From Spirochaetales bacterium (GTDB lineage: Bacteria; Spirochaetota; Spirochaetia; JABEVK01): 64,000 bases of DNA. Below, in pieces: positions 59,652-64,000 of this stretch (positions are counted from its first letter, which is position 1; each line of letters opens with the position of its first letter). The notes under the pieces were generated by a model. That model had not been told where the DNA came from. It saw only the letters and a list, made by a program, of their open reading frames with translations, and did not search any database. Made by a program: the position numbers and the translations under genes. The stretch lies in the NCBI GenBank assembly GCA_037142615.1, contig JBAXAI010000012.1:1-64000 (forward strand), in the 5' to 3' direction.

Positions 59652-60488
59652 ATGCCGTATTCTCCCATGACCAACGACCGTGTGTTCCGCTATGTTTTTG
59701 GTGAGCCCGAAGGCTTGCCGGTGCTCAAGAGTCTGATCAATGCCTACTTCGACCTCGCGAAACTGCCGCCGGTCGTCGAACTCGAACTGCTCAATCCCGA
59801 CCTCGGACCCGAAACTCTTGGAGAGAAAAGGACCGCGCTGGACGTTCTGGCCCAGGACGAAACCGGACGGAAGATCAATGTCGAAATCCAGACCAGCCGC
59901 AAACCGGCTTTCGCGGAAAGGAGTTTGTTTTACTGGGCGAGGCTCTATGGCCGACAACTTCCGGAAGGTGAGAACTACGTGAGCCTGAGGCCCGTGGCCA
60001 CTATCAACTTCCTCGAGTACGAGATCGACCCCGCAGGTCCAGCCATTGGCGAGTACCGCCTGCCCTTCACCGACCATTTGGTGCTGTTCCAGGTCGAGTT
60101 GCCGAAGTTCGTGGGAAAGGCCGCCGAGGGCTTGAATCCGGCCGAACTTTGGGGCAAATTCCTCGAAGAGCCACGGAGCTCGGGACTAACGCGGGAACTG
60201 CCGCAGGCGCAGGCCCTGAATGCCGCCCGTGACCGAATGGAGGCCTTTATGTCGCTTACGCCCGATGTTGTCCGCGAAATCCAGCTGTCGATGTACGACC
60301 ATGACATCGCCACCCTCAAGAAGATGGCCGAGCTAGAAGGTAGAGCCAAAGGCAAGGCTGAAGGTCATGCCGAGGGGCTGGAGGAAGGTCTGGCCGTGAA
60401 GTCGCTGGCCGTGGACGAGATGGTCCGACGGCTCAAAGCCGAGGGCCTATCCCAAGAGTCAATCCGCAGGCTCGTCGAAGGACTGTAG
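59652..60488 (+). CDS. Rpn family recombination-promoting nuclease / putative transposase (PD-(D/E)XK)
   Basis: SD GGAGG; NDRVFRYVFG, LDVLA.D..G.KINVEIQ, ERSLFYWARLY, VELPKF, EGRAKGKAEG..EG repeats. Confidence 0.92.
   Translation: MPYSPMTNDRVFRYVFGEPEGLPVLKSLINAYFDLAKLPPVVELELLNPDLGPETLGEKRTALDVLAQDETGRKINVEIQTSRKPAFAERSLFYWARLYGRQLPEGENYVSLRPVATINFLEYEIDPAGPAIGEYRLPFTDHLVLFQVELPKFVGKAAEGLNPAELWGKFLEEPRSSGLTRELPQAQALNAARDRMEAFMSLTPDVVREIQLSMYDHDIATLKKMAELEGRAKGKAEGHAEGLEEGLAVKSLAVDEMVRRLKAEGLSQESIRRLVEGL
60249..60488 (+). CDS. Candidate intragenic small protein (RpnS-type antitoxin), 79 aa
   Basis: In-frame ATG with GGAGG (60239-43) 5 nt upstream, placed at the start of the C-terminal helical domain. 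Confidence 0.55.
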   Translation: MSLTPDVVREIQLSMYDHDIATLKKMAELEGRAKGKAEGHAEGLEEGLAVKSLAVDEMVRRLKAEGLSQESIRRLVEGL

Positions 60489-60503
60489 CGAAAATCCCAC
60501 CCC

Positions 60504-62171
60504 CTACCCCACCGTGAAGCGCTTGATTTTCTTGGTCGAGGTCATCTCCATGGGCTCGGCCACGAAGGTGGTCTTGGTGATCTTCTGCCACACGTGCAGC
60601 CCGGTGTTAACCTCGCTGACGATGGCGGCCAGGCGCTCGTCGGTGGGGCGCTTGGGTTCCTGCTGGGGGTAGATGACGGCTTCGATGCCCTCGGCCCGGG
60701 TGGCCTCGTCGACCACGTAACCGCGCACCAAAATCTGGTCCACCTCGGAAAACAGCTGAAAACGGTCCTCGATTTCCTCGGGGTACACGTTCTTGCCACC
60801 CTCGGTGACGATAAGGTTCTTGGCTCGCCCGGTAAGGTACACGTAGTGCTCGTCGTCGATGTAGCCGACGTCGCCGGTGTTGAGCCAGCCGTCGGAGCTC
60901 AGCACTTCGGCGGTAGCCTCGGGATTCTGGTAGTACCCCTTCATCACCATGGGACCGCGCAGCGCGATGACGCCCTGACCGTTGGAATCGGGCTCGAGGA
61001 TCTTGAGCTCGACCTGCGGGATGAGCGAACCGACGCTGGTCTCTTTGTAGTGCCAGGTGGGGTTGATGGTGACGATGGGGCTGGTCTCGGTAAGGCCGTA
61101 GCCCTGCACAAAATCGACGCCCAGTTGGTTGAAGCCGCGGAACGTCGACGCGGGCAGCGGTCCGCCCCCCGAGATACAGATGCGGATGTCGGCCAGCCCG
61201 GCCTGCGAAAGCACGGCGCCGAACAGGGCCTTGCCGGGGTTGAGTCCGGTGGTCTTCTTGAGCAGGCCGCTGACACTCATCAGGAACCGCAAAACTCCGT
61301 TCACCACCGGACCCTTGTCTTTGATGCCTTTGAGGATGCCGGCCAGCAGGCGGTTGAACAGCAGGGGTACGCCCAAAAACATCGTGACCTTGGCCTGTTT
61401 GAGATCCTTGAGGATCTGCGACACGACCATCTTTTTGCCGAAGACGACTTCGGCGCCGCACGACATCGACACCAGAAACACCGCGACCAAAGTATAGCTG
61501 TGGTGGATGGGCAAAAGAGCGTAGAACACGTCGGTGGGGAACAACGGCATGTTGTATTGCGCCAGAAAGGCGTCGCTGACGAGATTTTCGTGGGTGAGCA
61601 TGACGCCTTTTGGATTGCCCGTGGTGCCACTGGTGTACAGCAGCGCGGCCAGGTCGTCGCCCCGGCGCAGCGGCGCGGCAAGGGGCGCCAGAGCGGGCTC
61701 GGGCGAGGCTTCCAGACTCAGCAACTGCACTCCGTCGGGGATTCCGGCTTGCGTGAGCACTTCCAGGCGGTCTTGGTCGGCCCACAGCATCCGCGCGCCG
61801 CTAGCAACCAAAAGGGCCCTCACTTCCTCGCCCTTGAGGCTTGCGTCGAGGGGCACCACAACGGCGTCACAAAACAGGATGGCGAAAAAACCCAACGCCC
61901 ACTCGGGACTGTTCTTGCCGCAAAGCCCAACCCTGTCGCCGGGAGCGACTCCGCGCCGCCGCAGATCGGCAGCCCAAACGAGCATGCGCTGGTGCGCCCT
62001 GGCGTAGGTGATGTGCTCCTCGTCTGGATCAAACACCGTGAAGCAAGCCCGGTCGGGGAACTTCTGGGCCGTTTGGGTAAACATTTCGGGCAGCGAAGGC
62101 CAAGCGGCAAGATGCGACCACGGAGCGGGGCCCACGCGGGCAGGTCGGGGGGCGAGATTTGGAATGTCCAT
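60504..62171 (-). CDS. Long-chain fatty-acid--CoA ligase (AMP-binding)
   Basis: YTSGTTGNPKG, QGYGLTETSP, NTGD, GRAKN..GGKNVYPEEIE. Confidence 0.93.
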   Translation of the reverse strand: MDIPNLAPRPARVGPAPWSHLAAWPSLPEMFTQTAQKFPDRACFTVFDPDEEHITYARAHQRMLVWAADLRRRGVAPGDRVGLCGKNSPEWALGFFAILFCDAVVVPLDASLKGEEVRALLVASGARMLWADQDRLEVLTQAGIPDGVQLLSLEASPEPALAPLAAPLRRGDDLAALLYTSGTTGNPKGVMLTHENLVSDAFLAQYNMPLFPTDVFYALLPIHHSYTLVAVFLVSMSCGAEVVFGKKMVVSQILKDLKQAKVTMFLGVPLLFNRLLAGILKGIKDKGPVVNGVLRFLMSVSGLLKKTTGLNPGKALFGAVLSQAGLADIRICISGGGPLPASTFRGFNQLGVDFVQGYGLTETSPIVTINPTWHYKETSVGSLIPQVELKILEPDSNGQGVIALRGPMVMKGYYQNPEATAEVLSSDGWLNTGDVGYIDDEHYVYLTGRAKNLIVTEGGKNVYPEEIEDRFQLFSEVDQILVRGYVVDEATRAEGIEAVIYPQQEPKRPTDERLAAIVSEVNTGLHVWQKITKTTFVAEPMEMTSTKKIKRFTVG

Positions 62172-62187
62172 AAAAATGAGTGTAACC

Positions 62188-63033
62188 CTACCGGTCGGAT
62201 TTGCGAAGCGACAACTTCCAACTCAGGCCCGTACCGATGTTGTAGGCGCGCGCGAACGAGCCCTGGTTGATGGCCACTGCGACGTTGAGCAGGCTGTTGA
62301 TGTACACCAGCGGCTCGCCCACATGCACCGAGGCGAAGCTTTTGACGAACACCATGCTGTTGCGGTACAGCTCGCGCGTGTCGTTGCGGATGCTCACCTC
62401 GACCCGGTCGCCGTAACCGATGCCGAGCTTCTGGAACAGCGTGTGGGGAATGTTGCTCCACAGGCTGCCAAAGCGGACGTCGAGGGTGTCGACCGTGCCG
62501 CGCACTGCCCCGTCGTCAAAGGTGGCCGGCAAGTGGTCGAGTTCGATCACCGAGTCGATGGGCACCTCGGGGCCTACGGCTTCGGGGGCCAACTGCCCCG
62601 ACGCGAGCCGGGCTCCGGTAAAGGCGTACACATCGCGACCGTGAAAGGTGTAACTGAGTTCGGAGCCCGCCAGGCGGTTGCTGGCCTCGTCGAGCACCCA
62701 AGCTTTTTCGAGTCCCAGGAGCAACTTGATATGGGTGAGCGTCCCGTTGTCGGGCGTGACGACGAGCTGCCCGCCCTTGGTGCGCGCTACCAGGCTGCGG
62801 CGCTGACTGCCCACGCCGGGGTCGACCACGCTGACAAACACCGTGCCAGCCGGCCAGTAGCTGATGGTCTGCACCAGGCGGTAGCTCGCCTCCCAGATGT
62901 CGTACTGCGGAATCTCGTGCGTGAGGTTGTTGAGGTTGAGCTGGGGATCAACCTGGTAGGCCACCCCTTGCATGGCGCTCACGGCGCCGTCGGCGAGGCC
63001 GAAATCGGTTTGAAAAACGAGGGCTTGCGACAT
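62188..63033 (-). CDS. SAM hydroxide adenosyltransferase / SAM-dependent halogenase family (DUF62)
   Basis: QTDFG..D..V..M.G, THEIP, VVDPGVGS.RR, PDNG, TFHGRDV, FGSLWSN, AINQG. Confidence 0.93.
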   Translation of the reverse strand: MSQALVFQTDFGLADGAVSAMQGVAYQVDPQLNLNNLTHEIPQYDIWEASYRLVQTISYWPAGTVFVSVVDPGVGSQRRSLVARTKGGQLVVTPDNGTLTHIKLLLGLEKAWVLDEASNRLAGSELSYTFHGRDVYAFTGARLASGQLAPEAVGPEVPIDSVIELDHLPATFDDGAVRGTVDTLDVRFGSLWSNIPHTLFQKLGIGYGDRVEVSIRNDTRELYRNSMVFVKSFASVHVGEPLVYINSLLNVAVAINQGSFARAYNIGTGLSWKLSLRKSDR

Positions 63034-63049
63034 GAAAACTCCTTGGCGC

Positions 63050-63859
63050 CTAGCGCCGGCTTCGGCCCAGCCGCTCTTCGAGCACACGGGCAGCGAGCGA
63101 CAGGGTAATGGTCAGGCAGAGGTAGAAAAACGCCACGGCGTTGTAGGTTTCAAAAAACTGGAACGTGCTGGCCGCATACACCTTGCCCATTTGGGTGATG
63201 TCTTGCACGCCGAGCACCGACACGAGCGAGGAGTCCTTGATCATGGCGACCGACTCGTTCACCAGCGCCGGCAGCACGTTGCGGAACATTTGAGGCAGCA
63301 CGATGTGGCGCAGCGTTTGCCAGCGGCTGAGGCCCAGCGCGAGGCCGGCCTCGGTTTGTCCCTTGTCGACGCTCTCGATGCCGGCGCGGAACACCTCGGC
63401 CAAAAACGCCGAGTACCCCAGCGTGAGCGCGGTGACAGCGCGGGTGGTGAAGTCGATGTTGCGGGCCGACAGCGGCACCATCCAGCCCAACGCCTGCACA
63501 GGAAACAAGAAAAAGTTCAGGATTCCCGCGAGAACGGGCGTGGCCACAAACGCGATGTAGTAAAGGATGACCAGCATGGGCAACCCGCGCATCAGCTCGA
63601 TGTAAAAGGTGGCGGCCTCGCGGGCCAAGCGCCACGGGCTCCCCTTGAGCAGGGCCAGCCCGAGACCCAGGAACAGACTGATGACGTAGGCGATCATCGC
63701 CACAAGAACGGTGATTCCGATGCCCGACGCGGTCACCTCAAAAATGACGCGCGACTGGGGGCTCGACAGGGCCGACGTGAGACCGAGGGCCCCCAGCACA
63801 ACGATGGTGATCAGCCACCACGGCCAGGGCGCGCGCGAACGCGCCGGGGACCGGAGCAC
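63050..63859 (-). CDS. Polar amino acid ABC transporter permease
   Basis: YIELMRGLP, SAFLAEVFRAGIESVDKGQTEAG.ALG, IKDSSL; GTG overlaps the upstream TAG. Confidence 0.92.
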   Translation of the reverse strand: MLRSPARSRAPWPWWLITIVVLGALGLTSALSSPQSRVIFEVTASGIGITVLVAMIAYVISLFLGLGLALLKGSPWRLAREAATFYIELMRGLPMLVILYYIAFVATPVLAGILNFFLFPVQALGWMVPLSARNIDFTTRAVTALTLGYSAFLAEVFRAGIESVDKGQTEAGLALGLSRWQTLRHIVLPQMFRNVLPALVNESVAMIKDSSLVSVLGVQDITQMGKVYAASTFQFFETYNAVAFFYLCLTITLSLAARVLEERLGRSRR

Positions 63860-64000
63860 TAGTCTTTCCAGGGAAAAATCATGCCACGGAGGCTGCGCGG
63901 ACCCAACCGATCGAGGTCCTCGGCAAGGATTTGCTTCCAGGGCAAGGGTTTCTTCTTGTCCCAGTCCGGGTTCTTCTCCATCCATTCGTAGCGGGTGAGC
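63859..64000 (-). CDS. 3' end of an unidentified gene (partial)
   Basis: Open frame LTRYEWMEKNPDW...IFPWKD* whose TAG overlaps the permease GTG. Confidence 0.55.
   Translation of the reverse strand, partial: LTRYEWMEKNPDWDKKKPLPWKQILAEDLDRLGPRSLRGMIFPWKD

Noticed and set aside
62188-63033. Fluorinase/chlorinase of a halometabolite cluster
   Set aside because: Retains the TFHGRD His/Arg/Asp signature of DUF62 SAM hydrolases; no biosynthetic genes nearby

Overview
GC-rich bacterial chromosome segment, most likely from a free-living Spirochaetales bacterium. That assignment is an inference from the types of SerS, NeuB, GalK, FadD and Rpn proteins, a LolA-like ABC cluster and a Cys-rich hypothetical. 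About 58 genes are packed densely; no rRNA, tRNA or CRISPR array was seen. Main blocks: (1) a proteobacterial-type F1Fo operon (atpIBEFHAGDC, followed by a PTS IIA gene) back-to-back with an LdcA-like Lys/Orn/Arg decarboxylase; (2) yicI with a long structured leader, and pepN; (3) a CymR-like Rrf2 gene facing dgkA and a MutT/NUDIX-CysM fusion; (4) a LolA-like/OMP/LolD/2xMacB-FtsX ABC cluster; (5) a pullulanase; (6) a 12-gene operon galT-galK-galE-ABC2(x3)-GH2-GH36-aroK-plus three genes, with a perfect palindromic operator that matches one at a nearby LacI gene; (7) menA, a polyprenyl synthase and an orphan b6-like cytochrome b with a large soluble domain; (8) dcp-eamA-nadR-trmH-GGDEF; (9) an intact Rpn gene with an internal SD+ATG (candidate RpnS antitoxin) beside a decayed divergent Rpn copy. 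The best candidates for something new are the menA/prenyl-synthase/orphan cytochrome b module, the bistable RNA upstream of yicI, the NUDIX-CysM fusion paired with CymR, and the ABC-2 system with no binding protein inside the gal operon. Many genes look leaderless. All calls come from reading motifs by eye; no searches were run.
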